Positions 38,694 through 48,129 of a stretch of 64,000 bases of DNA are shown here, piece after piece. The stretch's first letter is position 1; each line of letters opens with the position of its first letter. This stretch comes from Chloroflexota bacterium (GTDB lineage: Bacteria > Chloroflexota > UBA11872 > VXOZ01): positions 640,001 through 704,000 of the forward strand of contig OZ219801.1 of NCBI GenBank assembly GCA_964291655.2, in the 5' to 3' direction. A program made the position numbers and the translations under genes. Under the pieces are notes generated by a model that made no database searches, was not told the DNA's origin, and was given only the letters and a program-made list of their open reading frames with translations.

Positions 38694-40121
38694 TTAGCCT
38701 GCAGCGTCGAAGAGCGCGTTGATCTGGTCCTGCGCCTGCCGCAAACCTTCAGCCACACCGATTTCGTTATCGAAAATCGGATTAATGCTGGGGTTGATAC
38801 CTTCGCGGATCATCTGTTGCCAGGTCACCACGTCATGGGTCGGCAGCGAAATAGTCGCGCGCAGTGAGTCTTCCAGCTGAGCGCGAGATGCCGGCGGACC
38901 CGACTTTTCGGTGCTGGTATAGAGCTCCAGCGCGGAGTCAAGCCTGGCCGGAACCTCATTGAAGTTCGCCACGATGCTGTCCTGCACCGGCTTCGTAAGC
39001 GAGTGGGCCAACCACTTCCAGGCTGCGTCCGGCACTGACGTTTGCGGGTTCATAACGGTGCCGCGAAAGTTACTGTTGTTGCCGGTCTGTCCGGTAGTTG
39101 GCGCCTTGGGCAGAAAGGTAACATCCCAATCCAAATCGGGATGGTCCTTGTAGCGATTCCAATACCAGTCTCCCGCGGAGAAGATTGAGACCAGACCTGA
39201 AATCATTAGTGCGGAAGGATGAAGTCCCCCTTCGCGCATCGCCGTGTACTCGTCGCGTGTTGGCGCAACGCGATGCTTCTGCACCAGATCCACGCAGAAC
39301 TGCACCGCATCGATCGCTTCCTCGGAGGCGATGGTGCACCGTGTGCGGTCCTCATTAAGCACGCTGCCGCCGTTCATCTGGATGTAATTGCCCCAGCCGG
39401 TCTCGATTCCGTGCAGGTGTCCCTGGCCGAAGCGCGTGATGTTCTCGCCATCGCGCTGGGTCAGCTTTTCGGCGTACTCCTGCATCGCGTCCCAGTCCCA
39501 GCCGTCACCGAGCTCGGCGGGTGGGGTCAGACCGGCTGCCACGACGTGCTCCACGTTAAATTGCGTGTTGCTCGTGCTATAGTTCCACGGGGTGCCGGAC
39601 GCTTTGCCGTCAGTTGAATACCAATCGACAAAGGATGGCAGCGCTGCTCCCAGGTCTTCAGTTGCTTGCTGATCAGCGGCAAGGTACTGCGAGAGGTCGC
39701 CTACCACTCGACCGCCATCAATCCACGACTTGATGTTGACACCGTTCATCAGGAAGATGTCGGGGCCGGTCTGGGCGGCGAGGGCGGCAAGTACCGCATC
39801 CCAATAGCCTCCCGGCGGTTTCTCAACCGTAAGCGCAACCTCTTGTTGCAGCCCGTTGTACTCCCCCACTAACGCCTCAAAGCCTGGGACATACGTGATG
39901 CCCCACTGCCAGAAGAGGACCGGAGTTGCGCCCTCGGCCGCGGGGGCCTTGGCTTCCTCTTTGGCCGGCGCGTCGCCTTGCGCCATTTCCTCGCCTTCAC
40001 CCGATGGCCCGGCCTGCATGCCGCAGGCAGCCAGGAGCACGCCGGCACCGGATAGAGCCGCCCCACCCAAAAGGGTGCGACGTGAAACTCCACGAATCTC
40101 GCTCCCATTCAGTCTCTTCAT
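38694..40121 (-). CDS. Carbohydrate ABC substrate-binding lipoprotein with twin-arginine-like signal
   Basis: SRRTLL...LLAACG, GPDIF, WDWD; SD AAGGAGG. Confidence 0.9.
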   Translation of the reverse strand: MKRLNGSEIRGVSRRTLLGGAALSGAGVLLAACGMQAGPSGEGEEMAQGDAPAKEEAKAPAAEGATPVLFWQWGITYVPGFEALVGEYNGLQQEVALTVEKPPGGYWDAVLAALAAQTGPDIFLMNGVNIKSWIDGGRVVGDLSQYLAADQQATEDLGAALPSFVDWYSTDGKASGTPWNYSTSNTQFNVEHVVAAGLTPPAELGDGWDWDAMQEYAEKLTQRDGENITRFGQGHLHGIETGWGNYIQMNGGSVLNEDRTRCTIASEEAIDAVQFCVDLVQKHRVAPTRDEYTAMREGGLHPSALMISGLVSIFSAGDWYWNRYKDHPDLDWDVTFLPKAPTTGQTGNNSNFRGTVMNPQTSVPDAAWKWLAHSLTKPVQDSIVANFNEVPARLDSALELYTSTEKSGPPASRAQLEDSLRATISLPTHDVVTWQQMIREGINPSINPIFDNEIGVAEGLRQAQDQINALFDAAG

Positions 40122-40166
40122 CACTAAACCTCCTTGATGAGAGAGCACCCCCATTGCGATCACAAC

Positions 40167-40214
40167 CGTTGTGGTTGCTTCTTGCAGCATAGCCACAACG
40201 TTTTTCACCGTCAA
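40167..40214 (-). promoter_or_regulatory. Promoter TTGACG-17-TATGCT overlapped by the inverted repeat CGTTGTGG/CCACAACG
   Basis: Read directly upstream of the SBP gene. Confidence 0.5.
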
Positions 40215-40271
40215 GAGTGAGCTAGACACATTTAGAGCGCGATTACCACTTGCGCCTGAATCTTGCCGGCG

Positions 40272-41396
40272 CTAGGCACCAAGGGCGGCCTTCGCGCCAT
40301 ACTCCACGTTTACCTGCCTGCCGGTACGTGCCGCTTGATACGCGGCCTCGATGACCTGCAGCACGTGGAGCGCGTCTGCCAATGTAACCGCAGGCGGGCG
40401 ATCGGTATGGAGTTCTGCAACGAACCGGCGCATGATGTCGTAAGACCAGCGGTGGCCGCCGTAAACAGACATTGGTGCGATGCAATATTCGATGCTCTTC
40501 TGCGGCGCGCCCGACCACGCAGGCGCATCGCTGACGACTTCCAGCACCTGCCCGCCCACGGGTGTCCAGTTTGCCCAGCCGTGCTCGCCGCGATAGACGA
40601 AACAGGAATCATAGCCACTCGCCAGGGGCGGCTGCGCATAGGCGGCGTGCAAACTGCCCAACGCGCCGTTTTCGTACTCCATCGCGACCACAGCCACATC
40701 TTCGAGAGGGTCGTCGATGTATCCCAACGGACGGCCCGCAAGCGCCTGCACGGTCTTGACCTCACACTGCACAAGGTGGCGCATGAACTCGATGTAATGT
40801 CCCCCCAGCATATGCAGCACACCGCCGCCCTCGTTGGCAGCAGTAAACATGAAGTGGGTCGGCTCCCGGCTGCCGGGGCGCACCTGGGTAGTTACGAGGC
40901 GGCTCTCAAGTGAAAGCGGAGCGCCAAAGACGCCCTGGTCGATGAATTGCTTGAGGTCCTGCATTGCGGGATGAAAGCGCCAGGGATACCCCGCAAGCAC
41001 TTTGACCTGATGGTGATCCACAGCCTGCACCAGCCGCGCCAGGTCGGCCGCCGTACGGGCAAACTGTTTCTCCACAAAGAAGTGCTTGCCGGCTGCCGCC
41101 AATTTGATGCCGACGTCGGGTATTTCGTTCGCCGGCAGCACGACACAGGCGAGGTCGAAGTCCTCTTTCTCGATGAGTTCGTCCGCGCTGGCGTACATTG
41201 TGGCCGCTGGATCGAACGCCCGTGCCAAATCTCGCAGCCTTGCGTCGCTATCTTCGCAGTAGGCAACAATCTGCACATCGGGAATCTGCTTGAAAGTGTG
41301 AATGTATCCCGGCGACGGACGTGTCGGATCCAGGCTGCCCACATGCGGGTGCCGCAACCCAACCATGGCGACGCGAACTGGAATCTTGAGCGACAT
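40272..41396 (-). CDS. Gfo/Idh/MocA family oxidoreductase
   Basis: VAMVG..HPH, VEKQ, GYPWRFHP, GGGVL...GGH. Confidence 0.88.
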   Translation of the reverse strand: MSLKIPVRVAMVGLRHPHVGSLDPTRPSPGYIHTFKQIPDVQIVAYCEDSDARLRDLARAFDPAATMYASADELIEKEDFDLACVVLPANEIPDVGIKLAAAGKHFFVEKQFARTAADLARLVQAVDHHQVKVLAGYPWRFHPAMQDLKQFIDQGVFGAPLSLESRLVTTQVRPGSREPTHFMFTAANEGGGVLHMLGGHYIEFMRHLVQCEVKTVQALAGRPLGYIDDPLEDVAVVAMEYENGALGSLHAAYAQPPLASGYDSCFVYRGEHGWANWTPVGGQVLEVVSDAPAWSGAPQKSIEYCIAPMSVYGGHRWSYDIMRRFVAELHTDRPPAVTLADALHVLQVIEAAYQAARTGRQVNVEYGAKAALGA

Positions 41397-41584
41397 AGTT
41401 CTACCTCTTACATAGGGTTACTTCTCTTTGCCAAGGCGACATTAATCCTAGCGAAGTCCAATAGCATCGGTAAAGGCCGTTCCGAATGACCTGCCTCTTG
41501 ACACTTGAGAGTTACACGCAGGGGCACGACTTGTCGTGCCCCTACTGCATTTCAACTGCCAATTGGGCAGGAATCCCCCACACG

Positions 41585-42634
41585 TTACGTTGGCGCAATC
41601 AGTCTTGTTTCTCTATCGTCAAACGGAAAGTCTATACGCGCGCAGCCCCGGCGGAAAGACTCCCGCATGGCGAGGGCAATCTCCAGGGCGGCGAAGCCGT
41701 CCTCGCCGTTGCAATCCGGCTCCTTGTCGGTTTCAACGCACGCGACCATATCGGCAACCGCTCCGGCAGTAGGGCTTGGCAGCCGCTGCGGTCGCGGAAA
41801 GGCTTCACGCACCGGCCGGTCAGCTCTGCCGCCGCCCGCGCGCCGCCAGAGCTCAAACTCCCGGCCACCGTCGAGGGCCCGAATGCGTCCGTGCTCGCCT
41901 ATTATGTCCCACTCCTGCACCGCCGCGCCGGTGCCCATCGTGCGCAGGTAGCCGCGTGCGCCATTTTGAAATGCAACGTAAGCGTTGCCGCCGTACCGGT
42001 CCCAATCGTCGCTCAGGGCCGCTGGATCACCGATTTCGCCCACCAGCCAGTCTACCGGCGCGTCGCTGGCAAAGTAGCGCAATAAGTCAACCCAATGGCT
42101 GCCGTCATGAGAAAGGGTGGAACCGCAGTAGCCGGTAACCTGGAGCACCGTGCCGATTTCGCCGTCGTCGATAAGTTGCTTGGCCTTGCGGTAGAAGGGA
42201 TGCCAACGGCGCAGACAGCCCACGCCCAGTTTGGCGCCGTGGCGGCGGCAGGCTGTGAGCATCGCCTCGGCCTCCCCCAGCGACCACGCCACCGGCTTTT
42301 CGGCAAAGATCACCTTTACGCCTGCCTCCGCGCACGCGATGACCACTTCCGGTCGCTCCTCGGCGCGCGTGCAGACGCTGACAATATCCAGGGATTCCCG
42401 CTCCAAGAGCTCTTCGTGGCTCTCGAAGACGCGCTCCACGCCCCAGCGGCGGCGATAAAGGTCCCGCTTTTCTCGCACCGGATCGGCGGCGGCAACCACC
42501 TCCACCCGTGGTTCCTCCATATACGCGGCCGTATGAGAAAACGGGAGAATAACGCTGCTGTTGCCCTGTACTTCATCGTCAATGGTGCTGCCGATCCGGC
42601 CACAGCCAATGACGCCTACCCGGTACGTCGCCAC
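41585..42634 (-). CDS. Gfo/Idh/MocA family oxidoreductase
   Basis: GVIGCGRIG, AEKP, RRWHP, GSHWVD. Confidence 0.9.
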   Translation of the reverse strand: MATYRVGVIGCGRIGSTIDDEVQGNSSVILPFSHTAAYMEEPRVEVVAAADPVREKRDLYRRRWGVERVFESHEELLERESLDIVSVCTRAEERPEVVIACAEAGVKVIFAEKPVAWSLGEAEAMLTACRRHGAKLGVGCLRRWHPFYRKAKQLIDDGEIGTVLQVTGYCGSTLSHDGSHWVDLLRYFASDAPVDWLVGEIGDPAALSDDWDRYGGNAYVAFQNGARGYLRTMGTGAAVQEWDIIGEHGRIRALDGGREFELWRRAGGGRADRPVREAFPRPQRLPSPTAGAVADMVACVETDKEPDCNGEDGFAALEIALAMRESFRRGCARIDFPFDDRETRLIAPT

Positions 42635-42741
42635 GATTCTCGTTCTCCTATTACTTGCGCTGCGCGGCATTAGCGCTTAGCTATTGTCCTGGGCAGCGAA
42701 CAGTGTTTGGAATCCAATTCAAACAGCTCAATGGCAAAACA

Positions 42742-42773
42742 AGAAGCCAGCTAGTTTATCCTAGCTGGCTTCT
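42742..42773 (-). terminator. Intrinsic terminator downstream of the SBP gene
   Basis: Perfect 13-bp stem AGAAGCCAGCTAG/CTAGCTGGCTTCT followed by TGTTTT on the minus strand. Confidence 0.7.
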
Positions 42774-42897
42774 CAAGAATCTTCCAAGTAACGGTTTGGC
42801 TACGTGCCTGTTTGGGCGCTCACAGCCTTAGGGGGATGCGAATCATCACTGTCCCGCGCTGAAGTCAAGCCGGTTCGCGCCGCTGAACTGACCTGCC

Positions 42898-44277
42898 TTA
42901 GCCGCCCATGCGCGCGATGTCAGCCTCAAGCTGCACCTGCGCAATGTCCTGGATGATCTTCATGCCTTCCTCGGCAGTCAGCTCGCCGCGCCACACCGGG
43001 TGGAAACCATCGCTGAAGAGCTGAGCCTGGAAGCCACCGTAGCCCGATGGCAGACCGGGATAGCGGCCGCCGTATTCCAGTTCCGCCGCAAACGTGGCGT
43101 AGTCCGGATCATCGGCAATGAGGCCCTGGTAACCTTCGTGGTTCAGAACGGACCTACTCACCGGCAGGTTCGTGCCGCCGGAAGCCCTGATGACGAAGAC
43201 TTGGGCGTCAGCCGAAACGGCGTACTGTGCAAACCGCAGCGACGCATCCAGTATGTCGGCGTTATCCTGTACGAACACCGCGACGTTCTGGCCGCCGTTG
43301 GGCGCGTGGCGCTTGGTCTGAATCGGCGTATGGATGACCTTGAAGTTGTCGCCGCGCTGGCGGAGCGTCGGCAAGCGGTACGGGCCCTGCGACTCAAAGA
43401 CCGTCTTGCCGTCGTGGAACAACTCGCCGCCCCACTCGTCCTTATACGGCGCGAGTTGGTAGGCGTTCATCCAGTCGCTAATCATCTGGGTGGCCCAGAT
43501 CGCCTCTTCGGAATCAAAGTTCCAGCGTGTCTGTTCCTCGTTCAGCCATGTGAAACCGGCGCTGCCGGCAACCTGGTCCCAGCGGCTGAGACTGCGCGGG
43601 TGATAGTCCCAACCCCACACGTCGGGCGGATTCGCGGCTTTTTGGGCCGCCTCCAACATGTCTTCCCAGGTCCAGCCCTCTTCCGGATCGCTGACACCGG
43701 CCGTGGAAAGGATGTCCGGATTCCAGATCATAATGCTGTTGTTGGTATTGATCGGCAGACCGGTCAGCTTGCCTTGCCAGGTGGTACTAAGGGTCATGCC
43801 CTCAAAGTAGTCAGCGCGCTGATCGGTCCAGCCGGGGAAGCGCTTCAGCTCTTCCTCGTGGTCCACCGTCACGCCGGCGGCAAAGAAGTTGGTGCTGTCC
43901 GGCCAGGCATGCCAGTGCAGTCCAGGAGGTACGCCGCCCGCTGACGCGGTCTTCGCTTCGTCCGCACCCTTGCCGGGCACGATTTCTACGAGGATATTGT
44001 CCTCGTTCTCGGCGTTATACTTGACGACCATGTCGGATAGGCCCTGCACCTGCGGGTGCAGTCCGGCGGCGCCAAAGCCAATGTACGACCAAAACGAAAT
44101 GATGGTGCGCCCATCGGACATGCTCATCGACTCTTCAGCCGCGGGGGCCTCGGCTTCCTCGGCCGGCGCGTCTACCGGCGCCACGCCCTGGCCGCACGCC
44201 GCCAAGAAGGCGGAACCAAGTCCGGCTACCGCACTGCCGTATAGAAACTTTCGACGACTAATACGCTGCATGTGCAT
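42898..44277 (-). CDS. Carbohydrate ABC substrate-binding lipoprotein with Tat signal
   Basis: SRRKFL...FLAACG, WNPD, WTWED. Confidence 0.9.
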   Translation of the reverse strand: MHMQRISRRKFLYGSAVAGLGSAFLAACGQGVAPVDAPAEEAEAPAAEESMSMSDGRTIISFWSYIGFGAAGLHPQVQGLSDMVVKYNAENEDNILVEIVPGKGADEAKTASAGGVPPGLHWHAWPDSTNFFAAGVTVDHEEELKRFPGWTDQRADYFEGMTLSTTWQGKLTGLPINTNNSIMIWNPDILSTAGVSDPEEGWTWEDMLEAAQKAANPPDVWGWDYHPRSLSRWDQVAGSAGFTWLNEEQTRWNFDSEEAIWATQMISDWMNAYQLAPYKDEWGGELFHDGKTVFESQGPYRLPTLRQRGDNFKVIHTPIQTKRHAPNGGQNVAVFVQDNADILDASLRFAQYAVSADAQVFVIRASGGTNLPVSRSVLNHEGYQGLIADDPDYATFAAELEYGGRYPGLPSGYGGFQAQLFSDGFHPVWRGELTAEEGMKIIQDIAQVQLEADIARMGG

Positions 44278-44300
44278 CTCCTCCTTCGCACACTACACAT

Positions 44301-44393
44301 AAAAAAACCCGGAGCAGCATGTTTTCGCGAGAGATGTACTCTCTCGCACTGCTCCAGATTCTTAAATTAATGTATGTCTGCTACCCGTGTCAA
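44301..44393 (-). promoter_or_regulatory. Promoter (TTGACA-17-TTAATT) followed by a terminator-like leader hairpin with U7
   Basis: CTGGAGCAG...CTGCTCCGGG then TTTTTTT, about 24 nt before the SBP start codon. Confidence 0.55.
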
Positions 44394-44542
44394 AAGAAGT
44401 GTGTAGTGGCAAGCGCTCGTGCCGCTGGGGACCGTAGGCGTAATGGGAAACTCAGCCGCCTCCGGTCAACATGGAATACCTCAAACCGCCTGATACGCCT
44501 TGGCACAAGCGATTTCCCGACGGAGATAGCGCTCCCTGAAAA

Positions 44543-44752
44543 CTAAACGCCCATCGTTCTGCGAACTTTCGCCTCGCGCCGACGCTGACGGCGAATAGCC
44601 CGTTGCAATGCCAACCGCTCTTTCTCTGCCTTGGAGCGGTAGAACCGCCGCAAGCGGACTTCTCGCATTACGCCGGACCGGTTTACTGATGAGCGAAACC
44701 GCTGCAAGAGACTTTCAAAGCTCTCACCGTCGCGCACGGTCACAGAAGACAA
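44543..44752 (-). CDS. rpsU: 30S ribosomal protein S21
   Basis: V.VRDGESFESLLQRF..V...G...EVR.RRFY; TTG start after AGGAG. Confidence 0.9.
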   Translation of the reverse strand: MSSVTVRDGESFESLLQRFRSSVNRSGVMREVRLRRFYRSKAEKERLALQRAIRRQRRREAKVRRTMGV

Positions 44753-44871
44753 ATCAACCACACTCCTTATGAATTCTAGCAATCAGGCGAACACAAATCA
44801 CGCCTATACCTATCGAATCTAACCTAGGCTACCCACGATACCATACTTCTTGCTTTACAACAATCCAGGAA

Positions 44872-45846
44872 TTACACCGGCTCGCCGACGGCGCTCTCTT
44901 GCTTCATATCGCTATCCACCATCATTTGGATGAGCCCCCGAAAGTCCACGGTCGGCTCCCATCCCAGTTTCTCGCGCGCTTTCGTGTTGTCTGCGATCAA
45001 GAGGTTGACTTCCGCCGGGCGCAAGAACCGCGGGTCCGTGCCCACATATTCCTGCCAGTCCAAGCCAACGTGATCGAATGCCACTGCACACATCTCCTGG
45101 ATCGTGTGCGTTTCGCCGGTGCCGATCACATAGTCGTCTGGCTCGTCCTGTTGCAGCATGATATGCATCGCCTGCACGTAATCTCCAGCGAATCCCCAGT
45201 CGCGCTTCGGCGACAAATCGCCCATTAAGAGTTTGTCCTGCCTGCCAAGCTTGATACGCGCCGCCGCACTCGTGGTCTTGCGCGTGACAAATTCCAGACC
45301 GCGCCGCGGCGATTCGTGGTTGAATAAGATTCCCGAGCAGGCATACATGTCGTAGCTTTCGCGGTAGTTAACTGTCGTGTAGTGCCCGTACGTCTTGGCC
45401 ACACCGTAGGGACTGCGTGGGTAGAATGGTGTCGCCTCGCTTTGCGGCATTTCACGAACCATACCGAACATCTCGCTGCTCGACGCCTGGTAGAAGCGAA
45501 TGTCGCGATTTACAATGCGAACGGCTTCCAGCAGCCGCGTGACTCCCAGGCCGGTGATCTCACTCGTGAGCACCGGCTGGCGCCACGACAGGGGCACAAA
45601 GCTGATCGCGCCTAAGTTGTAGACTTCATCCGGCTGCGTGACTTCCACTGCAGCAATGAGCGAACTCTGGTCCAAGAGGTCACCTTCAATGAGTTCCAGA
45701 TTGGGAATAAGCCGCTGTACAGCTTCGGCTTTGGGGTTGTTCTGACCTCTTATCAGACCGCATACCTTATATCCCAAGCCAATGAGATGCTCGGCAAGAT
45801 ACGTCCCATCCTGGCCGGTAATTCCAGTGATCAAAGCTGTTTTCAC
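44872..45846 (-). CDS. gmd: GDP-mannose 4,6-dehydratase
   Basis: [40 protein letters not shown]. Confidence 0.96.
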   Translation of the reverse strand: MKTALITGITGQDGTYLAEHLIGLGYKVCGLIRGQNNPKAEAVQRLIPNLELIEGDLLDQSSLIAAVEVTQPDEVYNLGAISFVPLSWRQPVLTSEITGLGVTRLLEAVRIVNRDIRFYQASSSEMFGMVREMPQSEATPFYPRSPYGVAKTYGHYTTVNYRESYDMYACSGILFNHESPRRGLEFVTRKTTSAAARIKLGRQDKLLMGDLSPKRDWGFAGDYVQAMHIMLQQDEPDDYVIGTGETHTIQEMCAVAFDHVGLDWQEYVGTDPRFLRPAEVNLLIADNTKAREKLGWEPTVDFRGLIQMMVDSDMKQESAVGEPV

Positions 45847-46159
45847 GGCTGTTACCTCGTCTCAGAATGACGATAGCGCCTCGAATAGTTCGCACATGCT
45901 ACCTGCCGCCCACAAGAAATTCTGCCGCCAGGCACAAATCCCAACTTGCATCGGCCTAGCTTCAGACTCAACCTCTGCACCACGCAGCACCGCTTGAGAA
46001 AGTTTGGAAATGGCAGGCATAGCGCGCCGTTAGTGCAGCGGCGCAGAGACCCAGAGGCAGAAGCGCATGTGCACTATGGACAGGCGGTGTGGGCGAGAAA
46101 CTTCAAAGAGGCTATCTATGCATAGGAGCGATCAGGTCACGCCTTCTAATGCTATCATA

Positions 46160-46203
46160 GGTGCAATGACGCTCGCACTTGGGTGCAATGACGCTCGCAC
46201 TTG
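46160..46203 (+). repeat. Perfect tandem duplication of a 22-mer (GGTGCAATGACGCTCGCACTTG x2)
   Basis: Seen directly in the sequence. Confidence 0.85.
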
Positions 46204-46313
46204 GCGCTCTGCTCGATGACTCGGGTACGCAAGCTCGGTGTATCCCACGGTACTGCTCAAGGACGCTCGTGATAGTCTCTGCCTGCCACTGCGTGAGCCT
46301 CGGAGAATAGCTT

Positions 46314-46568
46314 ATGGCTGAAGAACGGCAACCGTTGACGTATACGGTGGAGACTGCACGCGGCGTGCGCACGCTCGCGTTTCCCGCTGAGATCGTGGCG
46401 CAGGGCCGCGGCGTGCCGCGCACCGTTAGGTGCTACGCCGTGACGGATGAAGTCCGCATGGTACGGATTGAAGCGCGACGCGCGGACGGCCTGCGCTTCA
46501 ACGTGCTCGACGAGTACAATCAACCGCTCAACGATGCCCCGGTACAGTGGGAAATCATCTGGCGGTGA
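46314..46568 (+). CDS. Hypothetical protein, 84 aa
   Basis: ATG with GGAGA SD; plausible composition; no recognised motif. Confidence 0.55.
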   Translation: MAEERQPLTYTVETARGVRTLAFPAEIVAQGRGVPRTVRCYAVTDEVRMVRIEARRADGLRFNVLDEYNQPLNDAPVQWEIIWR

Positions 46569-46676
46569 GCGGCTGCGCACCGCACAGAACGTACGGGACT
46601 CCATTAGCTCAATGCGGGCTGGAGCATGAATGCGCTTCTGGGACGGACGGCTGCGTAGGAAAGGATTGAGGAAGTC

Positions 46677-46988
46677 GTGAGAAAGCCGGACGAATGTCGC
46701 GACATGCAAGACATACGCGCAGAGATAGACAGAATTGACCAAGAGGTAATTCGATTGCTTGGTCGGCGGTTCGAGTACGTGCAGGCCGCGTCCCAATTCA
46801 AGACGAGCGCGACCTCCGTACGTGCGCCGGAACGCTTCAAGGCTATGCTGGAGCAACGCAGAGCTTGGGCGCAGGAAGCCGGGCTGGACGGCGGCGTTAT
46901 CGAAAACATGTACCGCGAACTGGTGAGCTACTTCATCGAGGAAGAGATGAAGAAGTGGCAAGCGGAAACGCACGAAGATCCTTCTTGA
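46677..46988 (+). CDS. AroQ-fold isochorismate pyruvate-lyase/chorismate mutase (PchB-like)
   Basis: P.EC...DIRAEIDRID...LGRR..YV.AA..FK....APER..AML..R..WA pattern; SD GAGGA. Confidence 0.85.
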   Translation: MRKPDECRDMQDIRAEIDRIDQEVIRLLGRRFEYVQAASQFKTSATSVRAPERFKAMLEQRRAWAQEAGLDGGVIENMYRELVSYFIEEEMKKWQAETHEDPS

Positions 46989-47249
46989 CTTAGTTTGCCA
47001 CGGCGTCCGGATAGTCTCAAGCCGGGAGAGTTGCCACAGCAGCACCAGCAGCTTTAGCAAATAACTGCCATGTCAGGATGTTCCGTCTAAAGGAATCTTG
47101 CTCTAGGCACTACTCCATAGAGCCGGCCAAGTGTACCTCATAACCAATCTTGGTAGATGAAAGACGAGACCAGTCACGTCACTTCCGTATCACCTCATCC
47201 TGTGACAATGTAGATTAGGTCTGCTCTGTAGCGCGCAAGGCTCCGTTTT

Positions 47250-47762
47250 GTGTCCGCACCAACTATCAACTCACTCCAACGTCGCATTGCGAAGCGTCTG
47301 ACAAGGCGAAATGAGACACTTGCTTGCGTCGAGATCGAGAGTGGCGGTCTCGTCTCCCGCAGCCTAACCTCAGTGCCGGGCAGTTCTGCCTACTTTGCCG
47401 GCGCTCTCATCCTTGCGGCAGATGCCGCACTATGGCCCCAAGCGATCACGAGTGACGGGAGCTGGCAGCATGAGCCGCCTGGCAGTCACATTCGACTTGA
47501 CGGTGCGGCCGCGGCCGCGCAGCAGGCGTTCGGCGCGCACTGGGGTCTGGCAGTGGAGTGCGTGCCTGCGATGAATGCGGACTCAGTCCATCTTGCGCTG
47601 CGCACGCCTAACGGCAGTTCAGTGCTCGAAGTTATGTCGCCTCGTGCTGAAACAATATCGACCGCAGAGAGCGCAGAACTTTCGCATGAGGAACGACTGG
47701 TACAATGCATCCTGAGGTGTTTTGCAAACCGCCTGCAGGAGATCTGTGAGAATCTGCCATGA
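47250..47762 (+). CDS. Degenerate CinA C-terminal domain protein
   Basis: RNETLACVEIESGGLVS..LT.VPGSSAYFAG. Confidence 0.6.
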   Translation: MSAPTINSLQRRIAKRLTRRNETLACVEIESGGLVSRSLTSVPGSSAYFAGALILAADAALWPQAITSDGSWQHEPPGSHIRLDGAAAAAQQAFGAHWGLAVECVPAMNADSVHLALRTPNGSSVLEVMSPRAETISTAESAELSHEERLVQCILRCFANRLQEICENLP

Positions 47763-48028
47763 TGCGCGCCACCTATGAACGCAATGCGCTTCTTCTCCAA
47801 GTTGAGACCTACGACCTGGAGGGAGTCGACCACTACAAGCTGATGTTGGTCTGGCAAGAGGACCGGCACACGATTCACGAAGTGCACCTCGCGGCTCAAG
47901 AGGTCTACGCCGGCCCTCAAGCCGGCGACCGGGTTACACTCACGTATCTCATGGACACGCCCCTACGCGTCAAACCCTATGCGGATCCTTCACCATCCAT
48001 GGTCCCCCCTTCCGACTCGAAGTCGTAA
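47759..48028 (+). CDS. Hypothetical protein, 89 aa
   Basis: ATGA overlap with the upstream gene; beta-rich PQAGDRVTLTYL. Confidence 0.55.
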   Translation: MMRATYERNALLLQVETYDLEGVDHYKLMLVWQEDRHTIHEVHLAAQEVYAGPQAGDRVTLTYLMDTPLRVKPYADPSPSMVPPSDSKS

Positions 48029-48129
48029 GTTTGCATGTTTTCAGATATTGTGGACTGCCTTCATGGCTTCAAGTACAGCCCGGATTGCAGACACAAGCAG
48101 AGCACGCTAATGCGCAAGAAGGAGCACCC

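Noticed and set aside
43000-43944. Long antisense ORFs here and at 9149-10117, 10849-11787, 49437-50369 and 60541-61554
   Set aside because: They overlap motif-bearing genes on the opposite strand
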